From positions 40,610,001 through 40,674,000 of the forward strand of contig OX597824.1 of the NCBI GenBank assembly GCA_951406725.2: DNA of 64,000 bases. The letters run 5' to 3'. This document shows positions 1 through 13,957 of this stretch, piece after piece. Source of the DNA: Octopus vulgaris (lineage: Eukaryota). The notes below the pieces were generated by a model. It was not told the DNA's origin, did no database searches, and saw nothing but the letters and a program-made list of their open reading frames with translations. The translations under genes were made by a program, and so were the position numbers. Every line of letters starts with the position of its first letter. Position 1 is the stretch's first letter.

Positions 1-443
1 ATATCTTGTCTCTAACCAATTCTACAAAATTTCACAAATAGAAAGGTGAAATTAATCACAGAGTTTTTCTCTTACAACACACTTTTCTGATTATGAAAAC
101 ACTTTGATTAATTCCTTGAATAAAAGTCCAATGCAATCTATTGGCAGTTAGATACTCCAAGAGCAGAATGTCAAGATATTGCTTGGAAGACTAACCTTTT
201 GAATTTTTCATTTAATTCTTGGGAAATTTTTTTTTTTTTTTCTAATACAGTTTAACTGAATTAACTGCTTTAATTTTTAGTTTCGTTTTCAACTATTTCT
301 TGAGAAATTTTTTATACATATATTTGGAAAGGTTTTTTTTTAAAAAAAAAAAAGAGCTTTGCAAATTTACAAATTAATCTACATTTTGAACATATACACA
401 CACATATATATATATATACACACACACAAACACATGTATATGA

Positions 444-475
<32 letters not shown>

Positions 476-1668
476 GCATGTATATATGTGAGTGTCTATA
501 TATATATATATATATGTATATACATACACACATATAGGGAGAGACTGAGAGTGACTTTTAAATTACAAAAAAAAGTTAATTTTTACTTTGATTTTTAACT
601 TTAAAAATAAATTCTACATTGAGTTTCCTTTTTATTGAAATTAACTAGTTTCAATGGAATTCAATTCTTTCAAATGCAAACATGAAAAAAAAAAAAAATT
701 AAATTACATTTTTCGATATATACATACAAAAGACAACTTTACAGATATTTTCAGAACATTATCACTAAGCTGATAATAATTCTACTAATGACATAACACA
801 CCTCCAAAACAAAAAATAACAATAATAAACTTTTGTAATTTATAGTATCGCTTGTTCTGGTTTGATCCTTGCAGCTGTATTAGCCAATATGAAACATTCT
901 TTTTGAGCAGAGACTAGACTTCTAGCAGTAGGAATGTTAAGAAGGTATTCTTTATAGAAAGAAGAAAGAATATTATTCAGTGGGCCAATATGGGTCGATG
1001 ATACAAAATGAAAAGACAGCTTTAAAATATTATTTACAAGAGATTTACGATGAAGGTGTTCTCTTGATAAAGATGTAAATTAGATGCAGCTCATTCACCA
1101 TTCCATGAAGACTCATCAAGTTAACTCAAATTATTTCACAATCAAGATGAAATTAATTAACCCTATAAATTAGTAGTGACAAAAACAATTTAAAAAAAAA
1201 AAATCAATGCTAAATGTTTTCAGCAGTACAAAACATTAAGAAACTAAAAGCAAAAAGGTAAACAATTAGCATTTTATAATTAAACAACTTATATTAACCT
1301 AAACCTCACAAACAAAAAACACTAAGAAGAAAGATATATATATGACAATATAGATTTCATATTGAAAATAGTTTAAATAAATAAATAAATCTCAGTTTTA
1401 AAAAAAGTGTAATTCACTAAATTTACCAACATTAGAAAACAAATTAAATTTAAGATCAGATAATTTTGTGAAATTCACAGAATTTAATACTAAACCTTGA
1501 TTTATGAAAATATCTCTAAGGTGTTTATTGAGAAGATCTATTTTGTTTTTTTATATACCTAACAATCGAAACTATTGGAACTAAATTCGTCTTTGATGTT
1601 ACTGTATTAAGATTGTTTTGTTTTTGCTTGTTTTTAGATTTTTACTATTAAAATCATTTCAAACTTTA

Positions 1669-1881
1669 TCACTCCATTACTGGTACTGAAAACATTTTGC
1701 CTTTAGGGTCATCAAATCTATCCATAGTTTTGATATCCATAATCATACACAGACCAAATGCAAGAATCATACCAAGAATAAGTGTACTAATCAACCCCAT
1801 CCAAATACCAATGGAAAAGAAACCTGTACAATCCCACACATTGTTGGTAAATGTTCCATTTCTCCCATCAAAAGGCTGAAT
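1669..1881 (-). CDS. ATP6AP1: ATP6AP1 last coding exon (TM helix + cytosolic tail)
   Basis: IQPF...DCTGFFSIGIWMGL...IKTMDRFDDPKGK...*, the diagnostic Ac45 C-terminal domain; TGA at 1671-1669. Confidence 0.95.
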   Translation of the reverse strand: MQPFDGRNGTFTNNVWDCTGFFSIGIWMGLISTLILGMILAFGLCMIMDIKTMDRFDDPKGKMFSVPVME

Positions 1882-2874
1882 CTAAAAAAGAAAGGAAAAA
1901 GAAAAACAATGGTAAAAAAATTAGTTTCCAATAGAAAAATCAATCAATATCAATTTAAACACATATTCTAATTAAATAAAAATAAATTAACCCTTTAGCA
2001 TTTAATCCAGTCCATTTGGACTGGATTAAATTTTATGTTAAAACTGATGAGATCCAACTACTAAAATCTTGAAGCTACAAGATAATGTGTGATTAATTCA
2101 AAACAATGTGAATAAATAAGCAATTCATTTGACAAAGAAATCTAAATGCAAAAGAGTTAAACAACCATTTTGTTTCACAACTATTTTTCATGACTGTTGA
2201 GCCACACAAAGGTGATAAGTGACTGAGACCTTCGGCGAAATGCAGTGCTTGAGAAGACTCATTTAGCCAAGTGAAATCATAGTTGTGACTGATCCCAGTC
2301 ACATAACTGGCACCCATACCAGTGGCATGTAAAAAGCACCCATCACACCCTTGGAGTGGTTGGCATTAGGAAGGGCATCCAGCTGTAGAAACACTGCCAA
2401 ATCAGATTGGAACCTGGTGCAGCTCTCCAGCTTACCAGTTTCAGTCAGACCATCTAACCCATGCCAGCATGAAAAGCAGACACTAAAATGATGACAACAA
2501 TGGGATGAAGTGGGCTGTTCTTTTTATCATGTAAGACAATTGTTGATGCTTAGCCCTAGGGCAGACTTGATCAAGGAGATCTGTAATAAAATATATAACA
2601 GCTATGTATTGTTGTTTAGCTCTAGGTCAACTCAGATCAAGCTGGCCAATGGCCAAAAGTGGGGCAGCCATGACCATTCTTATCTATTATTCAGTGTTGT
2701 CTCCTCCCTAATCCATGTTGTTTCTCTCACTTTTTTTTTTTTACCAAAGGCAACATGACCAACAGTTCTAGAATAGCTGCACCATGTGTCTATCTGTTGT
2801 AAGAGGTGACTAAAAGGACTGGTGACAGGAAGGGCATCCAGTCGTAAAACATTAAAAAACTGTCCAAAAACTGT

Positions 2875-3039
2875 AGGAGTGGCTGTGTGGTAAGTAGCTT
2901 GTTTACCGACCACATGGTTCTGGGTTCAGTCTCACTGCATGGCACCTTGGGCAAGCATCTTCTACTATAGCCTCGGGCCGACCAAAGCCATGTGAGTGGA
3001 TTTGGTAGATGGAAACTGAAAGAAGCCCGTCATATATAT

Positions 3040-3089
<50 letters not shown>

Positions 3090-3285
3090 CTGTTTGTCCC
3101 CACCGCCACCAACATCGCTTGACAACCGATTCTGGTGTGTTTACATCCCCATAACTTAGCGTTTCGGCAAAAGTGACTGATAGAATATGTACTAGGCTTA
3201 CAAAGAATAAGTCCTGGGGTCAATTTGCTCGACTAAAGGCAGTGCTCCAGCATGGCCACAGTCAAAAGAGTGAAACAAGTAAAAG
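2875..3285 (+). mobile_element. tRNA-derived SINE with internal (TA)n
   Basis: A-box-like GGCTGTGTGGTAAG, B-box-like GGGTTCAGTC, 3' GCAGTGCTCCAGCATGGCC..AGTC..TGAAACAAGTAAAAG; related copies at ~3735, ~33930, ~34950. Confidence 0.7.
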
Positions 3286-3360
3286 AGTAAAGTGTAACCC
3301 AATAGTAATCTATTTTACTACTCAGTCATAACACTAAGTTATGAGAATATTTCAACTTAC

Positions 3361-3565
3361 CTGTAACCCCTTGATTACAACATGAATTTTGCTGTTATTT
3401 TGACTTTCACGCAACAATGTCAACTTAGTACAATGATAAGAAAACACTTTTGGGGCTGCGATAAATTGAGCTTTCAAGCCAGGAGTGTGAGTTGTCCCAT
3501 TCAGTTCATATTCCACAACAAATGACTCAATGCGCCAGTCAGAGGAATTCAAGCTAATCTCAACA
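3361..3565 (-). CDS. ATP6AP1: ATP6AP1 coding exon 8
   Basis: VEISLNSSDWRIES...APKVFSYHC...GLQ; conserved FSYHC and LQ|IQPF motifs. Confidence 0.92.
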
Positions 3566-4117
3566 CTAGATAAAAGAAAGTAAAAAAAAATGTTTTAATT
3601 AATGAATGTGATTAGTTTATGCTTTGATAATTAAAAAAATATCGTAGGTGAATTTCTTTAAAATACCATATTCAAAGCTTACAGTTAAGACAACTGATTT
3701 CACATAAATATAAAACAAAACATACACACAGGCAGGGCAGTGTGATTAAGAAGTTCACTTTGCACTTAAGTGGTTTTAGGACTGACCCTATTGTGTGGCA
3801 CCATGAGCAAGTATCTTATCTTCAGGTGTAGTTTAGATGGAAACTGTACAGAAACTCTTAGTATGTTATACATACAAGTGCCTGTGCACACATGCACATA
3901 CATGTATTTGTACCTGTGTATGTTCACAATGACACCACCTTGGCAGCTATGATATTTGTCTCCATTAACCCTTCAGCATTTAAACCAGCCATATCTATCC
4001 TAAATCCTTTAACCTGTTTTATGTTCAAACTGACCAGATCTGGCCCATCACACATACCCTACAATGTCATTCTAAAATTAAACAATCATATCGAAAATCG
4101 AAATCGATCAACATAAT

Positions 4118-4446
4118 GGAAATTGTAGCTGTGATACCAGTGCCGGTGGCACGTAAGAGAACCATCCGAACGTGGCCGTTGCCAGCGCCGTCCCGACTGG
4201 CCTCCGTGCCGGTGGCACGTAAAAAGCACCATCCGATCGTGGCTGTTTGCCAGCCTCGTCTGGCACGTAAAAAGCACCCACTACACTCACGGAGTGGTTG
4301 GCATTAGGAAGGGCATCCAGCTGTAGAAACACTGCTAGATCAGACTGGGCCTGGTGCAGCTTTCTGGCTTCCCAGACCCCAGTTGAACCGTCCAACCCAT
4401 GCTAGCATGGAAAGCGGATGTTCACGATGATGATGATGATGATGAT
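4118..4446 (+). mobile_element. SINE / LINE-tail repeat ending in (GAT)n, representative copy
   Basis: GGCACGTAAAAAGCACC...GGAGTGGTTGGCATTAGGAAGGGCATCCAGCTGTAGAAAC...(GAT)n; other copies at ~2313-2500, ~29112-29387 (minus), ~41230-41480, ~63140-63335. Confidence 0.8.
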
Positions 4447-4991
4447 ATCATTGAAATCTTGAAGCAAATAGATAAAGCATTATTAAATCAAAACAATATG
4501 AAAGAATGAGTATTACATTTGTCAGAGCCATCTGAATGCTAATGGATTAAACAAAATGTCCAGCAACAATTTGATGAAATAAGGAATACAGTACCATACT
4601 TAAAAAAACAAGTAAGAGTTGACATCAGGAAGACCACCTGGCCATAGAATAATGCCTCACTATGATTGTCCAAACAATCATAAATGTCTTGCAAACAACT
4701 TGCACATGCAAGTGCTACCAGTCAAAAGCTCCGTATACCGGAAGCCAGCAAGTGTATGGGGTCATCAGGAGAGAATGCGCGCCGTTTTGGGGCCTACCTC
4801 TCGACGGCATCAATGCACACCGATATGAGGCCTCGCTTGCTAGATTAGCTGGTTATGAAATTAAGCTCAATATCCTTCTAGCCATAGAAAAGGCAGATGT
4901 AAAAACAATGATGAATACAATATTTTATTCAATAGTTTTAATTAAAAAAAAAAAAAATCCAGAATCAAGAAACTACAAAACTGTAACTTAC

Positions 4992-5042
4992 TTAAAAGTT
5001 GCACTGAGAGGTGGAGCTGCAGACTGCAGTTGGAATGTATAA
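4992..5042 (-). CDS. ATP6AP1: ATP6AP1 coding exon 7
   Basis: 51 nt, phase 2/2, (S)YTFQLQSAAPPLSATF; TTTCAG acceptor, GTAAG donor. Confidence 0.75.
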   Translation of the reverse strand, partial: LYIPTAVCSSTSQCNF

Positions 5043-6520
5043 CTGAAAGTTGAAAACAAGATTTATTATTTTATTTTCTAGTTAATGATTTGATATAAAT
5101 TACACAATAAGCTATACAAACATTCATATCACGTAATACAGCAAGCAACGTAATAGTAGCAGTGGTAGATACTGTAGAGATTTGGGGTAAGGATTTTGTC
5201 ATATTTAGTGTATAAATCTTACATCTTCTGTTGATAAAATAGTAGCAGACACATTACTTGCATTGAGTAAATCAATTACAAATATGTGACTTTGTGCCAG
5301 TGTAAAATATGAATACATTATTCAATACAGGTAAAATATAAATCAATTTCAATGAAAAAATCTGATTAGGAATATGGCCAAGACAAATATTCACTTGAAG
5401 TGGCACAAAATCTTAATATCAGAGAAATAACATTCAGTAAACAGCACAAACAATATACACAAAGTACAGAGGAACTTTTAGAAGATTGACAGACAAGTAG
5501 AACTATAGATGTGCTGAAGCAGCTTAAAAGTAATGATTAGCTAGGAACTGAAGACCATCAAATGCTCAGATGATTCATCGAAAAAGGTAACTAATTGTTT
5601 CGTAGGTTGTATAATTAATTAGTGCTTATGGTAAAACTAATAACAGAATAGTAACTAAGCTTCAAGGATGATAGAGATGAAGTTTTGAGAACATATACTT
5701 CAGAGGACAACAAAAAGTTTCTATTCTGTATGAAAGGAGAGATTCTATAGAACAAGTATGAAATGTAATGAGGTATGGCAGTAAAACATACCCAGGTTGT
5801 ATAAAAGACTAGCTGAAGCCCTCTGCAATGCCTGGTTGCTGAAATTTTGGCTCTTCATTAAGTAAGAGGAAAGAGAACAAGACTAATAGTAAACCTGTCC
5901 CTAAATGTTAAAATTTGGCATCCACCCTTCTTGTACAAGGCCTCTCGTACCAAAGCAAGTCTCATTTTTGGTATGGTTTCAACAGCTGGATACACTTCAC
6001 AATGCCAACTTTTTTTTACACCACAATGGGTTCTTTTTTCAATGGCACCAGCATTAGTGAGGTCACCATGTAACTCACAAGATTAAAGCAGCTCCTCAAC
6101 TGAGGAGTAAAGGGGGAGTAGGTGGTTCTATAGTAGGTGTTGAGAGCTGGAAGTATGATAGAAATGACAGGAACAGTTTGCATGAACCAATCAGAATGCT
6201 TTCAATAGAATGGTTACTGTCAAAAACACCCAAAAGCCAGATGATGGTGTTAATATTATTTTCTAACTATCAGTGTTATTCACCTCAACAATATCTAAAT
6301 CAAATTTTTTAGCAAGGTATAGGACATTAAATGATGATGATGTATACCCTCAGTACTTGAAAGTATTATTCTATGATTTTAAGAAGGGTAAAAAATAAAG
6401 TTGATTTCAATGGGATTGATCTCAGAAAATAAAGAAACAAAATGGTAAACCACAAAACATTTTGCCTGTCACTATACTAATTCTACTCTTTATTCTACTA
6501 AAGATAAATTAGATACTTAC

Positions 6521-6732
6521 CTTGCTGTTCTGTTGTTACATGTAGCATTATGGGAAGTTAAATTGGTAAAATTATAATCTGTTATATTGTTGCCTTCAAA
6601 TACCTTCAGAGAAATACCTTGGGCATAAAAAGGACAAGTGGAATAAGGTAAATAGACAGGGGTTGAACTTTGGTTAGCAGGTTCCTTGGCTTGTAATAGA
6701 TGACGTCCCAGATAGTTAGACTCAGCAGCTTC
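6521..6732 (-). CDS. ATP6AP1: ATP6AP1 coding exon 6 (processing-site region GRHLLQ)
   Basis: EAAESNYLGRHLLQAKEP...NATCNNRTA; RxLL(Q) motif and several N-glycosylation sequons; canonical splice sites. Confidence 0.88.
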
Positions 6733-8009
6733 CTGAATGAAGAATAAAGAAAATAAATTTGATATCATAATGCATTCTTGAGAGAAACATGGCAAAGAAG
6801 TTCACTTCTTAACCACACGTTTTAAAGTTTAGTTCCACTATATAGCACTTTAGGTGTCTTCTACAGTAGCTGTAGCCTGACCCAGAACCTTTTGAGTGGA
6901 CAGAAACTGAAAGAAACCTATCGTACATGTGTGTGTGTGTGTGATATTGTCTCCTAGGCTTAACATTGTATGATAGTCGTAAACAAGCTTCACCATGATA
7001 CAAGCATTGTCTTTGGTTTCCAATCTTCTGTAAAAAAACGTTATGGAGAAACATTACCTTAATTGGAAACAGGTAAAGGTTGGCATCTAGCCATGGAAAG
7101 TCTACCTCAATAAATTCTGTCAAACCCATGCAAGCATGGAAGAGTGGGCATCAAAATAATAACAATATTTATATATGTGCATGTGTGTGTGCTTGACCAA
7201 ATCTTTGAGATTCTATGATTGTCACTATTCAAATGAAGCAATGGTGATGCTGACATTCCTTGTTGACATTGTGACTAGTTGTTCTGCACTTTCAGAGACG
7301 TTTGGATTAGGAATATCTTTTACCTGAAAAATTAGGAAAAACTTCATGAAGTATATCTGGACATTAAATCCTGCTCCCTCTGTGATGCCCATACACACCA
7401 CGAACCACAAAGCACATTTTCATTGCACACACACATACATACCCATGAGCCATTCCCACAGGAGTGGTCCAGTTATTCGACAACTGGAACCAAGTTTTTA
7501 AGACAGTAATCGCAAGGCTTTATGCTTGAAGAGAGGTCAATAGCAGTAACAAGATAATATTTAGAATCAGGTCCAACAGAATTGTGCAGGGCTGAATATT
7601 TTTACACTGTAGTCTTTCATCATATTATTGATGTTGGAATTGATGAGTAAGTTCTTAAAATTACACAAATGTTATGTTAATGTTAAAATAGTTCATTCAG
7701 TGATCCATCAAAAATTTAATTAGAAATACTTACAGGGTGACATAATTAGCTTAATAATACACTTTGATCTTAGCCAAAAGGTCGGGACAATGACTGATAT
7801 TTTAATCATTACATAAAATACAGGAGACAACTCCAGTCGTGTTTCAATTTTATTAAATGTTTTCTGTGATGAGAGAATCATGAAATATATGTACAATATT
7901 GTACATTAATAGACCTGAAAATATTAGTAGATTAAAATTTTTTTTAATCACATAGGTTAATTATACAGCTAATGGTTATTGCAATTCAGAAATATTCTGT
8001 AGAAATTAC

Positions 8010-8095
8010 CTTATCAGGAGTCATTCCGGTTAACACAGCTGAATAATGGAAGCCTCTTTGATTCAAATCTTTCAATGTCTTTGCAATCAAGTCAT
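8010..8095 (-). CDS. ATP6AP1: ATP6AP1 coding exon 5
   Basis: DDLIAKTLKDLNQRGFHYSAVLTGMTPDK (Ac45 D..I...L....Y.A.LT motif); canonical splice sites. Confidence 0.88.
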
Positions 8096-9829
8096 CTAAT
8101 ATAATAAAATGCATACAATGAGTATTGAAAAAATTTAACTAAGATGCCATATTTTATAGTGTTACATTATATTTACAATGGTAAAGTCTTGAAGCAGTTG
8201 AAGACCTAGAGAGAAAAATTAATAGATGGATCTGATGTCTTTCGAAGCTGATCTAAGGACCATAAAGTGAAACCTTACTGCAACAAATTTTTGTGCCTGG
8301 GGCAAAGATCTATATCTCTATATACCTTGGTTTTATTGGTTGGTTGTAGGATGGACAGACATCCAGCTGAAAAAAACAACTACCCTAAAATAAGCCCCAC
8401 CATTCTCACATCTTAGTACAGAAAATTTGATGTAAGAAATAAAATTATGATAATAAACATATTACTTTACTTGACAATGTTTTGTTTCTTAACCATTTTC
8501 TAATGTTGACATAATGGACAGGAATTTTGCAAATTGGGAAATCTATATACATTGGAAGATACAGATGGTTGCTGTTTCTGTCACTAACTTTGTAAATAAG
8601 GCATTAAAGTAAACTATTTTACCAAAATTGATGCTAACAAACCATAATATATTCTGCTTAAGAGTTTAACAAAACAAAACCTCTTAACAACCCTTGTTTC
8701 TAGTATGGATGCAAAAGGTATGGTTTAAGCATTTGGTAGAACATTAGAATTCTTGGTAAAAATTGTTAATATACAATCATGTTTGTTAAAATAGAATTCT
8801 CATTATAAATAAAATTAAAAGGAAAATCATACCATTCAATACGGTAAGTGACAATACTAGCCACAATGAGCCAGCTGTCTCATGGATATGACTATATTAG
8901 TCATGGCATCTCAACTGTGTCCATGCCAGATATCACATTAATATGACTATACTAGCTAGGCATGTCAGCTTTCTTCCTGACACATAATATGACATACAAT
9001 GAGCTCTGTTATCAAACAGCAGCCAATCAAAAGAATAAAAGATGACTTTAAGATGGACTAGAAACAAACATTCAAGAAAGACTTCTACTTGATGTTTGAG
9101 CTTATATTCACTTATGCAATTACATTATTATAACTTATATTAGTAATATATATATATAGGTATGTGAAGGCACATGGCCTAGTGGTTAGAGCAGTGAACT
9201 CGCAGTCCAGGGATCACGGGTTCAAATGTGCATGTTTATGAGCAAAACACCTAAACTCCATGCAGCTCTGGCAGAAGGTAATGGCAAACTTCTACTGACT
9301 CTTTCACCACAACTTTCTCTCACTCTTTCCTCCTGCATCTAGCAGGTCACCTGTGAAAGACCAGCGTCCTGTCCAGGTGGGGAACCTATATGCCTACGAA
9401 ACCAGGAAACCGGTCCTTATAAGCCAGGCATGGCTTGAGAAGGAGCAAACAATAACATATATTGGTATGCATCATTGTACATCTTATATTCTGTTTATAT
9501 AAGATTTAGTAAGCTTAACTGAATTAAATATCCACTAGGAAGAAAAAAATCTGAAATGGATTTAGATTTCATGTAGAAATAATTGAGCTTATATCTAATT
9601 TAAGTGTGCAAAAAGTAAAGAATTTTATAAGAGTACATATTTTCCACTTATCATTTATCTACAAACATCTAATTACAGAGGAATGATTAGATAGAAAAAT
9701 ATGAATTAATAACTAAAAATGTTTTTTGTTTTCTGTAAATGATACATCAAATCAAAACAAAACATAGAAACCAATATCATTTCACAGTTCTTGATAAAAT
9801 CTTTCCCCCAGTTTGTAAAAGTAACATAC

Positions 9830-10052
9830 CATTGTTTCTCAGAGTTACTGCTTCATTAGAAGATCCAATTAAATCAGGAAGGTGCACAAGAAACAAATGA
9901 GATTTGTCTGTGTTTAGCTTCATTGAAGCAATCTTTAGTGGATTGTGAACTTCTATAAAGTTGTCAAGGAATTTTTTCTTCAAGCCTTCTACTGCAGCCA
10001 TTGGATTACTGACTGATGCCAAGTTGGTTGAGAAGCTCTTTTCCATGAATTT
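9830..10052 (-). CDS. ATP6AP1: ATP6AP1 coding exon 4
   Basis: 223 nt, KFMEKSFSTNLASV...LFLVHLP...LRNN; overlaps ORF 9777-10046; GTATG donor. Confidence 0.88.
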
Positions 10053-10337
10053 CTAGAAAGTATCATATGAATTGAATATAAACCTTTTGCAATGACTTTT
10101 CAAAAAAAATATACTTTGTACTTCATTTAATTTTGAAAAATAATCAAAAATTAGAACCAATTTAACAAAATAATTCAACATTAAGTTGGTATTTGGAACA
10201 TGACAAAATGGATCACACATAAAATTATGTGGAGAGGTCTTAGCCTAAATATGAATACTTTAAAAGCAAATGATTTTTGTCAGAACCAAGGGATAGTCGA
10301 AAGTGACCAGGTAGGGCAACAAACAGAAGTAAGTAGT

Positions 10338-10702
10338 AAATAGTGTAGAGTAGCAATTGAATATAAAAACAATATGGAAAAAGGTGAATAGGATATTTAT
10401 TTAAATAGTATTGTAAATGAGTTTAATAAATCAAAAATCAATCAAGGATTTGGTTGAAATTAAGATAAATTTGTAAGGTGTGTTTTAATTAATTGCTGTT
10501 TGAGACACTGATTTATACAAATAGTGTAGAGTAGCACATGAATATAAAAACAATAAAGAAAAGGGTGAATAGGATATTTATCTAAATAGTATTGTAAATG
10601 AGTTTAATAAATAAAAAATCAATCAAGGATTCAGTTTAAATTAAGATAAATCTGATAAGGTATGTTTTAATTAATTGCTGTTTGAGACACTGATTTATAC
10701 AA
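10338..10702. repeat. Tandem duplication, 2 x ~181 bp
   Basis: AAATAGTGTAGAGTAGCA...TTGAGACACTGATTTATACAA repeated head-to-tail. Confidence 0.85.
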
Positions 10703-12894
10703 AGCATGTTATGTATTTGTATTATGTAACTTTCCTGAGTTTTGTTATTTTGGTATATTTCTGTTGAAATACAGTCTTTATTTTAGTTTAAAAACTTTTG
10801 TCATGATTTAGTAGGTGTAAGGTGGTGAACTGGCAGAATTGTTAGCACACTGGGCAAAATGCTTAGCTTTTGTTCTGAGTTCCAATTCTGTCATGGTCAA
10901 CTTTGCTTTTCATCCTTTTGAGCACTGGGGTTGATGTAATCAACTTACACCTTCCCCTGAAATTACTGGTCTTGTGCCAAAATTTGAAATCATTATTAAG
11001 TTGGTGTTTGGAACATAAATTAACAGGAAATTTTGATGGAAGGTTTTAATTCAGTTCACTTTAAAACAGGAAGTCAATATCATGCAAACGGGGGTAGTCT
11101 CAAGTACTTTGGTATCTAAAGGGTTAGGGAAGAACTTCCATTTCACAACTGAGTTGTAGGAAGGACCCATCATCATAAAATCACAGGTTAAATTCTTGGA
11201 CTGGGTAGCACACTGTGCCCTTGAGCAGTTTATTTCACATTAGACTAGTCTACTCCACTGCAATGAGCACTCGCCAAGTACTGATGCCATCTTCTCTCCC
11301 TCTAACTGTTACATCCTGGTTGTTCCACTGGGTCAACGGAGGGAGAACCACGAGGGTATCTGTCTATTCATCATTGCATAGGCACTTAATATAATTAGCA
11401 AAAACATGGTACACACTAGCAAACCATACCCTTCTTGCAAGTGACAGTTATGGTTATTTTAGGAGGTTGTGGGATTAACATTTAGGGGCTGACCAACAAC
11501 ACAATGGGAGTAACAGACATGATTCAGTTACTGATATGTCTCACAAACTAGTTCTATTTATTTCACCCATTTCAGTTCTTCAATTAGTTCTTCCAATGAT
11601 TATTCATTAGTTTCTAATCCTACTGAAACAAGCAACATTGTAGGCCACAAAAAAATTACTGCTAAAACCATCAAAGTGCATTTCAGAAAAATTCAAAATT
11701 ATACCTCAGATATTTATCCAAATACAGTCAAAAGGTAATCTTTAGGGTGGGATAAATCCAGTTACATAAACTATTCAATAACAAAGTTAAACCAATACTA
11801 ATTCTTCAATATCGTTACCAATTTTCCAATTACACTATACTAATTAATGTTTTGCTTAACCGTTTAATTAATCAAAATATAAGAACCTTTTATTTTTTTT
11901 CAATATTTATTTCTTAACTAGCCTAAAAGCCACACTCTGTGTGGACTTTTAAGTTAGCTCCTGCAGAGGGCTAAATAACACGACTATAATACATCTATAA
12001 TGATTACATGCCCCGGTGGTATTTGATCACAGGTTAAGGATGGATGAGAATTAATTCTGTAACGTAATCATTCTATTGTTCCAGTCCCAAGTTGAATTCC
12101 AACTGTTGATCAATTTGTTCCAAATTTCTTATCTCGACATAAAATTAACAATTTATCTCCCTCTTGATCTCTGATGTCATCTGACAAGCGCCAGCCAAGA
12201 TGGAATGAATCAACCAAACTTTACTTGCTAGAAGTAGCAGCCCTAATGCTTTTAAATCAGATCCCAATACTGGATGTTCAAGAACTAAATGAAGGGCAGA
12301 TTTCCAATCCCAGGATCATTCTGATTCCAAAAAGGCATAATATGTCTATGAAATACAGGGATCCCAGATGGTCAGACAGATTTCGCTTTTATTATGATAG
12401 ATAATTTTTTTACAAAGCTATACTTCGAAAGGCAAAAATATAGTTGAGTTTTAGTATATTACAGGTATGGGTGTTATTGGCCCTGAAAGTATGAAAGGCA
12501 CAACAGACTCCAGCAACATTTGTAATGCTGATAAATGTGGCTAAATACCCCCAAGGCATTTAGTCAGGTGCTCTACTGATACAACAATTTACTGTTCTTT
12601 TAATTTTTAACATTAACATTAGGCCACATACACTTTCAGTGAGGGTACAGTTGATTAAATTAATCCCAGTACTTGACTGGTGCTTTATTTTATTGATTCT
12701 TGAAAAACATGGATTAAAATCTGATCTCAGAATCTGAAGTGCCCTGACTATAAACTACAAGGCATTTAATTCTTTGCTTTCTAATAATTCTACCAACCCA
12801 AAATACATCAATGATTCAAAATCTCAAAATCTTAAAATCAAAAGCAACATTATAAGGAATTCTTTATAATATATAGAAAAACTGCATTGCTTAC

Positions 12895-12972
12895 CTTGAC
12901 ATTTTTAAATACTCCACCTTCACCGTTATCGTTATATATGTCCGCATAATGAGACAGGTGGTTAAGTCCAAG
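12895..12972 (-). CDS. ATP6AP1: ATP6AP1 coding exon 3
   Basis: 78 nt, phase 0/0, LGLNHLSHYADIYNDNGEGGVFKNVK; GTAAG donor. Confidence 0.88.
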
Positions 12973-13549
12973 CTGATATGACAGAAAATACAATAATTAA
13001 TGTAATTATTCAACTAATTCTGTTACTGAGGATCTTAGAATAGTCATACAAAGAGAAACATCTCACATATTCATTCATATACAGTATTATAGATTCCTTT
13101 CAGCCAGTCTTACTAACTGGTTTTACACAGGATACTTGCCATCTCTGAAGAGCATGTGGTATTACTTAACCATGCTGTTATATAATATATGATTATTTAA
13201 TACCCAGTGTAAAACCCATTGATAAGATCTGCTGAAATGGATCTAAAATACCTTGATTAATGTATCCACTCTAATGACAAATATATGAGTGCATATTTTT
13301 TTCTGACTTAGGGATTCTTAGATGATTATATATAATAGAGTGATTCAAAAATATCTTTGCTTACAGTCAGGTTTCTGATTCTAACAATTATATGAGGTTG
13401 TTGGAAGAAGATATGTTAAAAAATGGTTAAATTAGTTCCTTTTCCAAATTTTATGTTTCGATGAAGCAGAAAATGATATTTCAGTGAATAATATTAGTAT
13501 CAAAAATGAAACAGAAAAACTTGCACACAATGAAACTATGAACACTTAC

Positions 13550-13673
13550 CTTGTCTTGAAGAAAAATCACAATGGATCTGGACTCTTTTGATAGTGGCAA
13601 CAGGTAATTGTTATGGAAGGTATCAGCACTGACTTTATTACCCATAAATACTGTGGGCAGGTCACTCATCGAA
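13550..13673 (-). CDS. ATP6AP1: ATP6AP1 coding exon 2
   Basis: AG/GT bounded, phase-compatible; encodes SMSDLPTVF...IVIFLQDK (conserved FLQDK motif). Confidence 0.9.
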
Positions 13674-13729
13674 CTAGAAGAGAAAACGAATATCTCTCAG
13701 TTTACTAGATAGACAAAGAATGCTTTGGT

Positions 13730-13957
13730 TTAACCCTTTAGCATTTAAACCGGCCATATCCGGCCAAAAGTATTCTGCCTGTTTTATGTTCAAACTGGCC
13801 ATATCTGGTCTCTACACCAACCCTACAATATCGTTTTAAAAATTAACAGTTACCTCATCAAAATCTCATAGCTACAAGATAATACATGATTAGTTTAAAA
13901 CAATGTGGATCAAAAAGGATTAATTTTGGCAGAATAATGCGAACACTAAAGGGTTAA
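13730..13957. mobile_element. TTAA-flanked (piggyBac-type) MITE, representative of a family with many copies in the window
   Basis: TTAACCCTTTAG...CTAAAGGGTTAA termini; related copies at ~1987-2160, ~3965-4550, ~14161-14379, ~31516-31760, ~35620-35847, ~43349-43547. Confidence 0.8.

Noticed and set aside
312-598. ORFs rich in YI/CV/HT repeats (also 15659-15934, 45444-46517)
   Set aside because: Translations of (TA)n/(CA)n microsatellites; not coding
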